NCBI GenBank assembly: GCA_905178155.1
Contig: CAJINV010000009.1
Coordinates: 434,001-498,000 of the forward strand
Length of the DNA: 64,000 bases
Source: Amoebophrya sp. A120
Taxonomy: Eukaryota > Protista > Dinoflagellata
Direction of reading: 5' to 3'
Made by a program: the position numbers and the translations under genes. Numbering within the stretch: the first letter of the stretch is position 1; the number at the start of each line of letters is the position of its first letter. A model generated the notes under the pieces. It ran no database searches, had not been told where the DNA came from, and saw only the letters and a program-made list of their open reading frames with translations. Of the stretch, positions 23,460 to 35,049 are shown piece by piece.

Positions 23460-26400
23460 TCGGTTTAATATCCTGCTCGACTCCGCCGTGTGAAGTTGAT
23501 ATTCATATTGTTATTGAGTCTGATCTGCTTGTCGTTTTTGCGGGTCTGCCCGACACAGCCGTCTTCCGCGTGGGCAGATACAACATGCGACAAACTGCCG
23601 AACGGTCAAACCGCCCAGCGGAGTTTGCGGCCCTTGTGAGGCCGTCGTACCAGCAGACGATTGCTGCTGCTCGGGCCAGCCGCCAACCGAAGCCTCCACC
23701 TGCCGCCACCCGCCCCGAGCCTGCTGCCCCGAGTTCATCGCCCTCTTCATCCCAGTCGCCGACTGTGAAGACCTGCAACTACGGAGCCCTGAATCGCAAG
23801 CGTTGTGCGGACTACTCCGTTTTTTCGGCAGGATCAGCTACGCAGATGATGGACGCCGTTGCTATCACAACGCAGAACTGCCGAGAGGCGGTAATTGGTT
23901 GCAGGTTACGCGACAAAATTCTTCGGGCTGCTCCGGATCACCACCAAATTTTGGCGCTTTCGGAAGTTCGTTGGGGGAAGTCCGGCACGGGGCTTGAGGG
24001 GGTGACGCGGCTTGACGGAAGTGCGATCGGCTCCCCGGCTGCAGCAGAGGGTGGCGAGTCTGACAGCGAGGCCCCTCCGGTCTCTCCGCTTGATGTTCGG
24101 GATTTCATCACCCGTGGCGACGGATACATAGCAGTGCTTGGACCAGGAGCAGGCATAGCGGTCAGGGGCGGCCCTGTGTACGAAGAGCTCTCGCGATTGC
24201 CAGAGGAAGAGTTGGCGAAGCGCTTCGAAGTCAGGGCGCGACGTGTGGTGGGGTTCTTTCGGGGCTTTACCCTCTTCAGTGCATACGCACCTGCCGATGC
24301 AAAAACTGGCCCGGTCGGCGACTACCTTCGCAACCTGGTCCGGTACATGCGGCGAACCTTGCGGCGCACGAAGCGCCGGGACATCCCTTTTGTGGTTGCG
24401 GGGGATTTTAGTTGTCACGTTGGGGCCCAGCACTCCGGCTTCGCCTTTGGGGACTTCGCCTGCGGCCGGAAGGAGACTACAAACAAGGGCAAGGAGTTCC
24501 ATCGGGTTCTGACGAAAAACAACTTGCGCTTCGCCGACTCCTTTTTCAAGATCGGGATGAACAACGACGAGCGGCACACGTACCAGCGACCCGGGCAGGA
24601 GGCAGAAATAGACGGCTTTGCTACTAGCGGCCGCTTTCTCGGTCGGGTGTTGGACGTTTCTCGGTGCACTGACATCCGTGATGGCCTCTCCCTGCGGGCG
24701 GATGGCAAGTACGACTTGGACCATTACGGGAAAACCCTGAAGCTTGCTGTTGCGCGTGCTGCTGATGACCAACTGCCGGCGAACCGCAGGAAGGGCGGCA
24801 GTAATTACGTAGGGCCAGCCCCAGTTACGCCCGACGTGGTCGCCCTCTTTTCGCAGAGGATTCGGGAGCAGCTCGATCGGCCGGATTCTGGCGGTCCTGA
24901 CTTGCAGACGTTATTATCTGCGATGCATGTGCATGAAGGAACCGCTTTGGAAACCGGGCAGGGGCGCGGCTTCCGCAAATCGGCACGCAAGAAAGAAATG
25001 AAGAAGAGGGCCGCAGAGTGTGTTCCTGCCCTTGCAGCTGAGGGCGGTGCGAGGCCTTCCGGGGTGCGGGCTTTGTGGAAGCATCTGAGCACCAATCGCA
25101 GGACGAAAGGGCCAGCCTCGTCCCCTTTGGGCTGGTCTGAGCACTATCTCACCAACGTCATCGCGAAGTCGAACCCCGTCTGCACCTTCGACGCGTCCGA
25201 ATTCATCTCGCCGGTCTCTGCTGCTAGCATATCCGCCCTGGACAGGCCCATTACCTTGGTGGAGTGGAGGCAGGGGCTGAAGGAGGTGAAGCCCGGGGTG
25301 GATAGCATGAAGTGGTCGAAAGAAGTCTTCGACGCGCTAGACGACCACTGCACTCAGCTCCTTCTCGATGCGATCGATGCCGAGCTGCGCAGCGGGAGAG
25401 GGCTCAAGGCCATCGATGTCATGTTCCGCCGCACCAAGATCACGCTCCTGCACAAATCCGGATCACGGTTGGACTGCGACAATTTTCGTGGCATAAGCAT
25501 GGCGCCAACCTTGTCGAAACTGGTGGCGCACATCATGACGAAAAGGCTGCAGGAGATGACGGCTATGGAGGGACTGGCGGATCCGGAAAACTTCGGATTT
25601 GTCAAAGGCAGGAACTGTTCTGATGGGCTGGTGCTTTTTCGTCGTATCGTTGAAGACGCGAAGGATTTCTCCGAGCACGAAGATCAATACTCGCAGGTCT
25701 GGGCTGCGTTTATTGATTTGCGAAAGGCGTTCCCTTCGCTTTCGCTCGCCGTCATCTCGTCGGTGATGAAGGAGTTGGGGATAGCGGGGGCCACAACCTG
25801 GCGCGCTTTGGACGCGTGCCGCCGTGATATCGTCTGTTGTGAGGATAGGGAGCAGGTCGATTTTTCTCTTCCTATTGGCCTCCAGGAAGGCTGCCCGTCT
25901 TCGCCGGGGATTTTCAGCCTGGCGTATGCTGTGGTCTCCGTTTCCCTTCGACGAGCGCGGGCGCAGCTGCAAGCCAAGCAGGACAACCTCAACCCCAACG
26001 GTGTTCGCCTTCGATGCCCATCTTCTAGCTTCTTCGCGGCAACAGAGAAAGAAAAGCTTGGGGCATTCTTCTGCCCGGGCTCCACCGTCGCGACTGCGGA
26101 ATCCGTGGTGGGCGCAGTAAAATGCGCTGATGATACCAACATCGTCGGCGAGTCTCGTACTGGTGCCCCAGACGACGACGCCATGCGGGTAACCTTGGAA
26201 GCCCTTGACGCCGCGCAGATGGGCGAGAACCTGAAGAAGCGGATCACTGGGCCACTTGCTGCCGAAGCCTGCAAGTTTTTGGGTGTATTCTTTTGCGACA
26301 GGCGCGACTTTTCGGCACGGGTGAGCCGGGCCTGGCGGGCCTATTATTCCGCGCAGCGTCTTCTAGTGGGGTTTGGTGAGTTGGGTAAGGTACATCGACG

Positions 26401-27882
26401 GGTGGTCGTTTCTGCTCTCGTCAGGAGCGCGCTGATATACGGCGCGCACACCCGCTCCTTTTCTGCGAAGGAGGTCGCGAAGCTGCAGCCCGAGGAGAAT
26501 GCAATCTTGCGCAGGCTTTGCAACACCTCGACGCCGCAGATGGACGCCAACAACGTCAGTCACTCCGAGCTCCGAAGGCATCTCGGCCTCTCGCCTCTGG
26601 CTGCCGAGATTAGCTTTGCCCGTCTTTCGCATGGCGGGCATCTCCTCCGCCGGGATTCGTCGTACCTGCCTCGCCAGGCGTTTCTCGGCCGGTTCATAGT
26701 CAGTTCCGCTGACCCCGCTGTCACTCCGCAGTCCCACCCAGAGCAGTTCTTGCGGCCGCATTGTCCATACCGGGTCCCAGGGATCTACGAGCAGTTCCTT
26801 GAAGCCTGTGCTGAGGCGCGGACTACAGTGCACCAGCTTCCCGGGTTTGTTCATCCGGACTCCCGTCGGGACTGGTACGTGCGTACCCGCGCTTGGTTTG
26901 TGGATGCGGTCCTACGGGATTGGTTTTTTGCGGCCTGGGGGGATGCTAGAGCCAAGAGTCTGGAGGTCTCCAACGCTTTCGCGCATCTGCTAGCGAAATA
27001 CGAGCTGTCGGAAGTCGAGTTTTTTCAGTCATACGCCAACCTACCACGGGCGCGGTCGCAGCGCTCTACCTTGACTAACACGCCGGAACTTCTCGCTCTG
27101 CGTGCGAAGCAGCCACACCTTGGTGGGGCGATCACGGACCAGCAGCGTTCAGACCTGATCGAAGGGTCGGAGGGTTTGTCTTCTGCCATCCGCGATGGCA
27201 GTCCGGGCATCCTGCGGCGCAACTCCTGCGAAGTTCCTCTGTCCGGTTCTAGACGTGCACTCGCTGCGCACCTGTCCCTTCACCGCAATGACCCTGATGA
27301 CTTTGCGCGACTGGTGCGCGAGCAAGAAGCTGCTGTCTACATACCTGCGGAAGAGTTTCTGTATGGCAAAGCGGGCCAGGTCATTACTCCGCAGCAGTAC
27401 AAGCAGAAGCAGCGTCTGGTCATTCCGCCCTGCCGTTTCATCCCGGCGGGCACCGCTTCGAAGCTGAGTGTGAGCGAGCTACGATGCCCCATCTGCACAA
27501 AGCACGCAGTGAAGTGGCCGCGGAAGTACCAGCAACAGGTCGGCGCGTCTACCAGAATGAAGAACCATGAAGCGAAATGCCGTGCCCGGGTTGGGCTGCG
27601 CTTGCAGGCTGACGACTCTGACGACGATGGTGGACAGGATGACGCTGACGATTCTGCGAGCGACAGTCCAGCTGATGCTGGGGAATAAGTTCAGTCTCTG
27701 AGCTTGACGAAAGATGCACAAATTACATGATCCACGGTTCTCGCAAATGAAAGACATCAACGTTGTTGGCTAGTGCGCTTTCTCTACCCTTTCAGCGTGC
27801 TCTTCTTTGGATTCGAACTCGAGCTAGACCCTAAACCTCATGCACGCCCTCCCAGTGCAGGATAGATGATGATGATGATGAT
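23460..27882 (+). mobile_element. Single-ORF LINE (RTE-like organisation) with 3' (GAT)n tail
   Basis: Intact APE-RT ORF, 3' UTR of about 190 nt ending in (GAT)x6 at 27865-27882. 5' end approximate; no TSD found. Confidence 0.75.
23585..27688 (+). CDS. Non-LTR retrotransposon ORF: APE endonuclease, reverse transcriptase, C-terminal zinc finger(s)
   Basis: APE: TQNCR, ALSEVRW, SAYAP, VAGDFS, EIDGF, LDH. RT: LLHKSG..NFRGIS, NFGFVKGR, AFIDLRKAFPSL, GLQEGCPSSP, CADD, KFLGV. C-terminal CPIC..H..C. Intronless; first ATG in the ORF is 23585. Confidence 0.92.
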   Translation: MRQTAERSNRPAEFAALVRPSYQQTIAAARASRQPKPPPAATRPEPAAPSSSPSSSQSPTVKTCNYGALNRKRCADYSVFSAGSATQMMDAVAITTQNCREAVIGCRLRDKILRAAPDHHQILALSEVRWGKSGTGLEGVTRLDGSAIGSPAAAEGGESDSEAPPVSPLDVRDFITRGDGYIAVLGPGAGIAVRGGPVYEELSRLPEEELAKRFEVRARRVVGFFRGFTLFSAYAPADAKTGPVGDYLRNLVRYMRRTLRRTKRRDIPFVVAGDFSCHVGAQHSGFAFGDFACGRKETTNKGKEFHRVLTKNNLRFADSFFKIGMNNDERHTYQRPGQEAEIDGFATSGRFLGRVLDVSRCTDIRDGLSLRADGKYDLDHYGKTLKLAVARAADDQLPANRRKGGSNYVGPAPVTPDVVALFSQRIREQLDRPDSGGPDLQTLLSAMHVHEGTALETGQGRGFRKSARKKEMKKRAAECVPALAAEGGARPSGVRALWKHLSTNRRTKGPASSPLGWSEHYLTNVIAKSNPVCTFDASEFISPVSAASISALDRPITLVEWRQGLKEVKPGVDSMKWSKEVFDALDDHCTQLLLDAIDAELRSGRGLKAIDVMFRRTKITLLHKSGSRLDCDNFRGISMAPTLSKLVAHIMTKRLQEMTAMEGLADPENFGFVKGRNCSDGLVLFRRIVEDAKDFSEHEDQYSQVWAAFIDLRKAFPSLSLAVISSVMKELGIAGATTWRALDACRRDIVCCEDREQVDFSLPIGLQEGCPSSPGIFSLAYAVVSVSLRRARAQLQAKQDNLNPNGVRLRCPSSSFFAATEKEKLGAFFCPGSTVATAESVVGAVKCADDTNIVGESRTGAPDDDAMRVTLEALDAAQMGENLKKRITGPLAAEACKFLGVFFCDRRDFSARVSRAWRAYYSAQRLLVGFGELGKVHRRVVVSALVRSALIYGAHTRSFSAKEVAKLQPEENAILRRLCNTSTPQMDANNVSHSELRRHLGLSPLAAEISFARLSHGGHLLRRDSSYLPRQAFLGRFIVSSADPAVTPQSHPEQFLRPHCPYRVPGIYEQFLEACAEARTTVHQLPGFVHPDSRRDWYVRTRAWFVDAVLRDWFFAAWGDARAKSLEVSNAFAHLLAKYELSEVEFFQSYANLPRARSQRSTLTNTPELLALRAKQPHLGGAITDQQRSDLIEGSEGLSSAIRDGSPGILRRNSCEVPLSGSRRALAAHLSLHRNDPDDFARLVREQEAAVYIPAEEFLYGKAGQVITPQQYKQKQRLVIPPCRFIPAGTASKLSVSELRCPICTKHAVKWPRKYQQQVGASTRMKNHEAKCRARVGLRLQADDSDDDGGQDDADDSASDSPADAGE

Positions 27883-28322
27883 TGATCATGACGCACCCTT
27901 ACCCTTTCGGTTTCTTTGGAGGTAACTTTAGCGGGAGTCCGAGTCCAGATCGTCATGGGGATTGAGATCTTTTGTCGTTATTTGTGTCTAGTCGCAGGGG
28001 TCCATGCATTATGTTGAGCATGTTCATGTACGGGGTCGGGTTGGCGGTTACACTCATATGTAAGGAATTGACGCATCGCAAATTTGAAGCCAGCTGTGAA
28101 GAGCTTTTTTCAGTACTCAAATAATTCCTGCCACCTCGTCGCTCGTCGTCTAATCTAGTTTTTAGGCAGGTGTAGCGCACAGATCAAGAGCAAATATCCT
28201 ATTACGTACTCGGAGAAGTCCAATTCTATCGATAGTTCCTGAACATCATCTACCCATTGGAACAACAGAACAAGAAGTAAGAGCACTTCTTACCTACAGA
28301 ACCGAACCGAGCATCGGCGAAC

Positions 28323-30194
28323 ATGAACCGGGGTCGCGGTCGTGGCGCCGCACGCGCGGTGCAGCCTCCGCCGGCACCGCCCCAGGTGGCCGCCGCTCCC
28401 GCAGAGCCCGCGGCTGGCGCGGACGCCCCTGCCGCACCAGCGGCCGCAGCAGCCGCAGCAGCGGCTCCCCCACCCGCAGCGGTCGACCAGCAGCAAAGCC
28501 CGTCGAGGTCGAATGCGAAAGACGACTCCTTCGACAGTTTAAGAAATTCGAACTCGTTCAACAACAACCTCTTTGGGCACGGTGATTTGCTCGGGACTGG
28601 ACTCGACCAGCAGATGAAGAAGCCCGTCACCTACCGCCTGCAGACGACGACGCTGTTCCCGCAAAGCCAGCAGATTTTCTCCACGACGCAGACGAAAACG
28701 ACCACCGATAACAAGGGCAAAACGAAGACGACGAAAAAGGTCAAAAAAGCGACGAAAACCTTCGCGGACTTATACCACGACCAGTTAAAGGAAGTGTCGG
28801 AAACGGTTCCGCACGTGGTCTTGCGGAACGTAAACGCGGTTTCGGTCAACGCGTGGGACCTGTGCGCGCGGAAACGGTCGAATCGTCTCCATTTCCAGGT
28901 CGAGGCGGAAATCAAGCGGAACATCTTGCGCTTCATCATGGACTGCGATTCGAGCAGTATGGCTTGTTTTTTTTTTGAAGGTTTCTGCTTCTCTTCATTC
29001 CGCACTCAACAGCTTCTTTCTTTCGTGTTTTCTTTTGCTCCTCAAAGATGTGATCTTCGTCGAAAAAAATCCGCTTAAAACATGCATGCTTTTTTGTGCT
29101 TTCAAACTTGAATCATCGACATTACTACACAGATAAGATCATTGCCGCGCCGAACAGACGGGAACTTGCCAACCAAAATCAGCAACGGCTGAAAACTGCG
29201 CAACAGGCTCCCATTGCGGTCTTCGATGCTTCGCTCTCTGCCGCGAACATTTCCTCAACAGCACGGGCCAAACGGTTGAAAATTTGCCACAGTATTACGC
29301 TCAAGGAAAAGTCGTACAAGGAGTCGAATTTGCTGTTCGAACGCAATGAAGTCGAAATGGAATTTCTGAATAAAATACACATCCAATCGTGAATTTAGTT
29401 CTTTGCATTGCCCAGCTCGGGCTATCGAATTGTGAATCGACAGTGGAAGATAATTTTTACTCACTGGCATAAAGGATCTTTACCCCAGTACACACTTAGC
29501 ATGGCAGAAACGTGGTCCTAGCACGTAATACCATTTGTAGCCTGGAAATGGAATTAGTACTTTTCGATTCCCATTTTTGCATGGCACAGTCGTCTTAAAG
29601 CGGATCTACGATGTGGCAAAAGAGGAAGCTGATTTCGGATTCAAAATGTACACGTTTTTCTTAGTGCAATTCATGATTTTTGTCAGAGAACTCTTGCAGC
29701 AATGAAGAGACGGGCGTGCTTTGTCCTAGTTTGTGGCTAATTGTTTCTCGTATTAGTATTTGGCTCACTTCTACTTCGCCTTCGTCAAAGGCTCGCAAAG
29801 AAACGCACAAGGTAAAATCACTGCTAACTTTCGCCAAAGGTACGCCTTCAGCATCCAAGATGTGATCGACCACAACGATGAGGTGCCGTGGGGCGGCGTC
29901 CCGGAGACGTTGTTGTCGGAAAAGCTGAACGGGCAGCTGGAGTCAGAGTGGGAGTGGCTTTTTCGCTACCTGGAAGACCTGGAGCCCACCCTGGAAGCCG
30001 CGGGGTTTCAGCTCGGTTCCATCCAGAAAGGCAAGCCGGACACGGAACACGAGGTTTTGGGGCCCCGAAATCAGCAGTTCGTGGAGAATATGCATTGCAA
30101 AAGTATCGTACTAGTACTAGACTACTACGCCGGCGTCCAGGACGCCGGCGATAGGCCGTCTAGTAAATCTAAATGTAAAGAAGCAGGAAAATAA
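28323..30194 (+). CDS. Hypothetical multi-exon protein with Ala/Pro-rich N-terminus
   Basis: Coding-like segments 28323-28956, 29133-about 29388 (joined by in-frame GT-AG intron 28957-29132) and about 29757-30194; second junction unresolved; no family recognised. Confidence 0.45.
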
Positions 30195-30664
30195 AAACTT
30201 GGCGACCGAGCGTGGGGGTGAAGGCTAGTCGAAGAAGTCCTGCTATTGGGATTCTGCTAGCAGAAACGCGCTCACTATTCGAAACCCTTCGGGCGGTTTT
30301 AGCATGACAGAACGGGCCCACGCTTGCTAATGACGCCCTTCACTAGTAGCGGCCCGCATTAGTGGGCGCGCTCGCTTTCGTTCTAGGTAGGGCATCTAGG
30401 TAGCAAGCTCGCCCCCACCCGGCCGCGGGCCTTGGCCTGGTCCTCCTCTTTTGGGCAATCTGATTTCTAGAAAGAACCACCCGCCGGGCCCCCCGGCCTT
30501 TCCACCGGCTTCTTCATTCATCTGCAGGGGCCTCTAAAAAATAAATTCCCAGGAACGAGGCCCCCCCTACTACTCAGCCCCTGTGGGGCGCCCCCTAATC
30601 TATACGGGCCGGCAATAGGAGTAAGAAAAGCCGTATTGTTGTGCTTTTTCCCGCCCGCGAGGAG

Positions 30665-31113
30665 GGGATATATCCCCAGAGCAGACACAACCCCAGAGCA
30701 GAGATATCCCCAGAGAGAATATATCCCCAGAGATGCCCCCAGAGCAGATATCTCCCCAGATATAGCCCCAGATATATCCCCAGAGATGTCCCCAGAGATG
30801 TCCCCAGATATGCCCCCAGATATATCCCCAGATATATCCCCAGATATATCCCCAGGTGGGTGGGGATGATGCATGATTTTGATAGAATGAGAATGATGGA
30901 GATGAGATGAGAGGAACGAATGGAAGACGAAGATAAGAACGACGTTGATAACGGAGTGGGTAATTGATGATAGAGATGGAAGAGACGAAGATGAGAAAGT
31001 CCCCAGAGATATCCCCAGATATATCCCCAGATATATCCCCAGATATATCCCCAGATATATCCCCAGATATATCCCCAGATATGTCCCCAGATATGTCCCC
31101 AGATATATCCCCC
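30665..31113. repeat. 12-bp minisatellite (CCCCAGATATAT)n in two blocks
   Basis: Blocks at about 30665-30855 and 31000-31113 separated by a purine-rich GATGA spacer. Confidence 0.92.
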
Positions 31114-33177
31114 GGGTGTTGCGCTTGTGCCCTTTGGGTGGTGTTTGCCTTAAACTTCGCAAGGGGCACTCCCCTCCTTTTCGTTTTCCCGGATGTCATC
31201 GCCCCCCCCCTACCCCCCCAAGCGGGGTCGGGGTTTGGGGGTAGCCAGAATAGGCCTGGTAAAAACCGGCCCGGCGTTTTTTTTTTCGATTTCCTTGAGC
31301 CATGGGGCCCGCGGTAAAGTCCGCCGGGTTTTGTTTATTCTGCGACGCGCGCCCCGTAGCCTTTCTTTGGCATGCAGGCTGCCGGTCTTTGCAACGCCTC
31401 CAGCGCGGGCCGCAACTTGCAGCGCAGGCCGCGAGGGCTGTTAACAACCCCTGGGCGGCTGGCGTTGCAAGTTGCAACCTGCGCTGCAGGTTGCCACTTG
31501 CCCTCGCAAATCATTGCGGCTTGCGTTGCAAAGCAAAAGTTGCAAGTAAATTGCTTACTTACCCAGCTGCGCTTGCGGCATTTGTATTCGCGCCGTCTAG
31601 TCAAGCTTCCTAAGGCTATCCCCTAAGGGATAGCCTTACGGGAATCTTCTAAGACGGCGCGCCCCTACTAATCATTTTCTAAGAAACGCCCTATAGACTA
31701 TAAGGTCGAAAAAACGGACCAAAAATTCTCTATTGTTATTTTATAAATTGCATCACAAATTTTTTCGGAAGAAGAAATGCTGATTTGCCTAAAAAGGGAT
31801 ATTTGTCATGCATGATAGCAACTACTAGCTACGAGTACGATACTTTTGCACAGGATAGAGAAGCACGGGGACGGCAAACTGGTGTCAAAACAAGTGGTGC
31901 GGTGGGATTGATCCACGACCGAGTTCGACTTTATTGCACCTCGCGACGGTCCGGCTGGGCGTGGAGTACTAGCTTGTTCACATGGATGAAACTGGTTGAC
32001 TCGTCCTCGCCGAACGAAGAAATAGAAAAATCACGATGAATCTAAGTAAAAATATACTTCATACAACTTCTGCAGCAGGAAAAATATTGCTTCCATCATC
32101 GAAATTAATAGTCGAATTCGAAAACGATGCTCGTAAAATCCAAAGATGATACTACTTGAGTTTTTCTTTGGTATCTGTGCCTTTCGCAGAGAATAAATCG
32201 CAATTTCATTTTCAAGAGCAAATGGAACTCGAATTGGAAACGTAGAGGTAGAACAAAATGTAAATGTCATGCAGCGTAACGCTAGTGGAAAATTAAATAG
32301 GTTTCCCTTTCGCCATCAGTGAAGGCGTCGGAGGTGCTTTTTTGTACGAAAGAAAAAGATATGAGCGAAGAATGTGAATGAAAGATGAAATTAGGATGTA
32401 AGAGGTTGTACTACAAAAATTTTTCTGTCAAAAGATGCTATCTTCAGCAACAGAAATTGGTTCAGCTGACTTGCTCTGATGTCTTGTTGCAGTAGCAGTT
32501 GATGCCCCTAGCATGTCCATAATCTCCATCCTTTTACGCAGTGTAACGAGAAGAATCGCAATCTAATGTAGACGAGCGGGAGCGGTGTGATACTGATATG
32601 TGCACACGGCCGCGCAGGCGCACGAACCAAGTTGGATAGTACACGGAGCGCGAGACTGCAATGGTGAAGACAAAACACAAACAGAAGATGAAAAATGACA
32701 ACTTGAAGTTGTGGAGGTCGTTTAGTTTTTACGACATGCTCGTACTGTTTTCAGGAGACAACTTTTGTAAGTTTGATCAATGTCTTCCGCTGGATGTTGT
32801 TGTTGATCTTGCCGTTCTTGGATAGAAAACCAAACTCATGGAGTCGGTAGCAGTACCAGTGGCAGTTGCATCGGTGTGGAGCTTCCTTTCTTTTCTCGTA
32901 ATATCTTCCTTTTCTTTCTTGGTTAGCGACGATACTTTTCTCGTACTATAGGTAACGCAGGATTATTACCAGAACCAGTGAAGAAAGTGATGAGCACCTT
33001 TTTTCTCTTCAAGATCCGACACTGATAGCAAAAGATCTGATCTTTATGGTAGGATTTAACTATTACCAGATTTATATACCAGATTCTCCCTCGCGGCCGG
33101 CGCAGGACTCGTGAAAGCACTGCGGCCGAAGCTGAAGATCAATACCGGAAATAAGTAAATTATCGAAGGACCAAGAA

Positions 33178-35049
33178 ATGATAAGAAATCATTTGCGGAA
33201 TGTCGATGTCCTCTTCGGGAGGAGTAGGACTAACCGCATCTGTTCACTTGTCAACGCAAGTTTGAAGATGGTGACCCTGTTCGTGTTCTGTGGGAGCATC
33301 CTCCTCGCGCCCCCGTCATTTCACTCTACTTGCGGCCCTCCGTTGTCACTTGCACAAGTGAAGAACGACGAGGACCACGGGACAAGCAAAGGCCGAGCGT
33401 GCGCCGCAGACACCTTCTCCACTAATTTCAATTTTCTCCTGCCGGTCTCTGCGGCGTCGATGTTGAATTCCAGTACAGCCGCCGACGGAATGACGACACA
33501 GACCACTGGTGGGGGACGAAGATCCCCTCTCTCTCCACCTCGCTCGCCCGTGCCGTTTCTGGATCTGGGCGCGGGAAGTGACAGTATTGCTCCTACCGAC
33601 TTCTTGCCAAACGTGATCAGCGATAGTGCCTCCAGCGGTTGGCGGCCGGAGCAAGAACGCGAAGCGACTTCGAGCACTTATTTTTCTGACGAACAGCACC
33701 CTCACCCAGCAGTCTTTCTCGGGCTGCAGGAGGGAGTCGCAGGCACCAGCCTGCCAAAGGGCACACTAGCAACATCATCACAGCATGAGATTGAGAACAC
33801 ATCAAGAGCACGGAGGTCAGGCGCCCTGACCCCCCACAACCAGTACACTCTTATCGACGTGCAGCACCGGTGGCCAGCGGAGCCACGTCTTCTGTACAGA
33901 AATACGGCACCAGACGAGCAGCATCGGGACATTGCGAAAAATCTCGATGACGACAAAATGATGTCGCAGGCGTATTTCAGTGGTGGACCAACAACGACTA
34001 GAACTACTCAAGCCCAGTGTTCCGCAGCAGGAGCTGGGACGCAAGGCGGAGATCAGGAGCCGGAACCACCCATGATGGGGGATCTGGACGACGGCTTCAG
34101 GTTGAGGACGAGCGCAAGTTTACTCAACCACGAGAGGCATGAGCCACGAGAATATCATCGATTTGTTCGGGGGCGATCTGGTGCATCGAAATCTGCATCC
34201 TCTTCCTCGTCTGGGTCTGAAAATGGAACAAGAAGGCTGTCTGCTGTAGAACCGACACGCAAGCGCAAGCGGCAGCACGAACGTGATTCGTATTCCCAAC
34301 ATCAAGCAGAAGCAGACCAGGATTTCTCACAAGTAGAGCAGAGCTGCTCTCCCAAATTGCTGCGCCTGTCCCGCCCAGCGTTTCCTTCACCATATGTTCA
34401 TCAACTACAGTTGCAACCTCCTACTAGTTCTTCAACTGCCGCCCCAAGTCATCTCCCGACTGGTGCGGAGATGTTTCATCAGCGACCTCCTTCTCAAACT
34501 GGGATTCCGCTCCTAGGGCTCGTGACGACGCACCAGCAAAGAAGCCAGTCGGCCAGGACGTCAACCCCCGGGCAAGTCGATCCGCGAGGACCTCGACCTA
34601 CGACGCCACCCCACGACTCAGAGCCGCAGTGTGCTAGACCGAGCGGCGGACTCGACGACGTGAGTCATAGCGGGACGAATCGACACCACCGCGGGGATAT
34701 TGGTAGTAGCTCCAGCATTCTGGCGCAAGCGCGAGAGCGACTCCTATGCAAGAAGGGTGATGATGATGACGATGATGTTGATACGTCAAGCCATGGAACG
34801 CTGAGTAGCTCCATCTCGGAGCCGGTCGGGATGGGGATGCGGCGCAACAAAAAATTCTCGGATCTGTGCGGGGCGTTTCGCGACGAGCGCCAGGTAGCGG
34901 AGCTCGATTCACAACTGCAGTTCTTGGGACTCGGAGGCCGCGACAGGAGCAGAAGCCGCGGGAGATGGATGTCTGGATCTACCCACTCGGGGGTGGGTGG
35001 GTGGGTGGGACGGGACGGGACGAGACCGAGACGTGCAGCAACCCTCTGA
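33178..35049 (+). CDS. Hypothetical low-complexity Ser/Pro/Arg-rich protein, possible N-terminal hydrophobic segment
   Basis: 623-codon ORF outside any tandem repeat; no recognisable domain. Confidence 0.5.
   Translation: MIRNHLRNVDVLFGRSRTNRICSLVNASLKMVTLFVFCGSILLAPPSFHSTCGPPLSLAQVKNDEDHGTSKGRACAADTFSTNFNFLLPVSAASMLNSSTAADGMTTQTTGGGRRSPLSPPRSPVPFLDLGAGSDSIAPTDFLPNVISDSASSGWRPEQEREATSSTYFSDEQHPHPAVFLGLQEGVAGTSLPKGTLATSSQHEIENTSRARRSGALTPHNQYTLIDVQHRWPAEPRLLYRNTAPDEQHRDIAKNLDDDKMMSQAYFSGGPTTTRTTQAQCSAAGAGTQGGDQEPEPPMMGDLDDGFRLRTSASLLNHERHEPREYHRFVRGRSGASKSASSSSSGSENGTRRLSAVEPTRKRKRQHERDSYSQHQAEADQDFSQVEQSCSPKLLRLSRPAFPSPYVHQLQLQPPTSSSTAAPSHLPTGAEMFHQRPPSQTGIPLLGLVTTHQQRSQSARTSTPGQVDPRGPRPTTPPHDSEPQCARPSGGLDDVSHSGTNRHHRGDIGSSSSILAQARERLLCKKGDDDDDDVDTSSHGTLSSSISEPVGMGMRRNKKFSDLCGAFRDERQVAELDSQLQFLGLGGRDRSRSRGRWMSGSTHSGVGGWVGRDGTRPRRAATL

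Noticed and set aside
23540-23580. Possible HDV-like ribozyme or pseudoknot before the LINE start codon
   Set aside because: One 7-bp stem (TCTGCCC/GGGCAGA) plus a 4-5-bp pairing; the full HDV-like topology could not be built.
30518-31317. ORFs with ISGD/IPRY/GYIW repeats
   Set aside because: Products of the 12-bp minisatellite.
19610-31755. Terminal inverted repeats enclosing a 12-kb element
   Set aside because: Only a short AT-rich similarity (AATTTRTAAAATAA); no TSD; compatible with chance.
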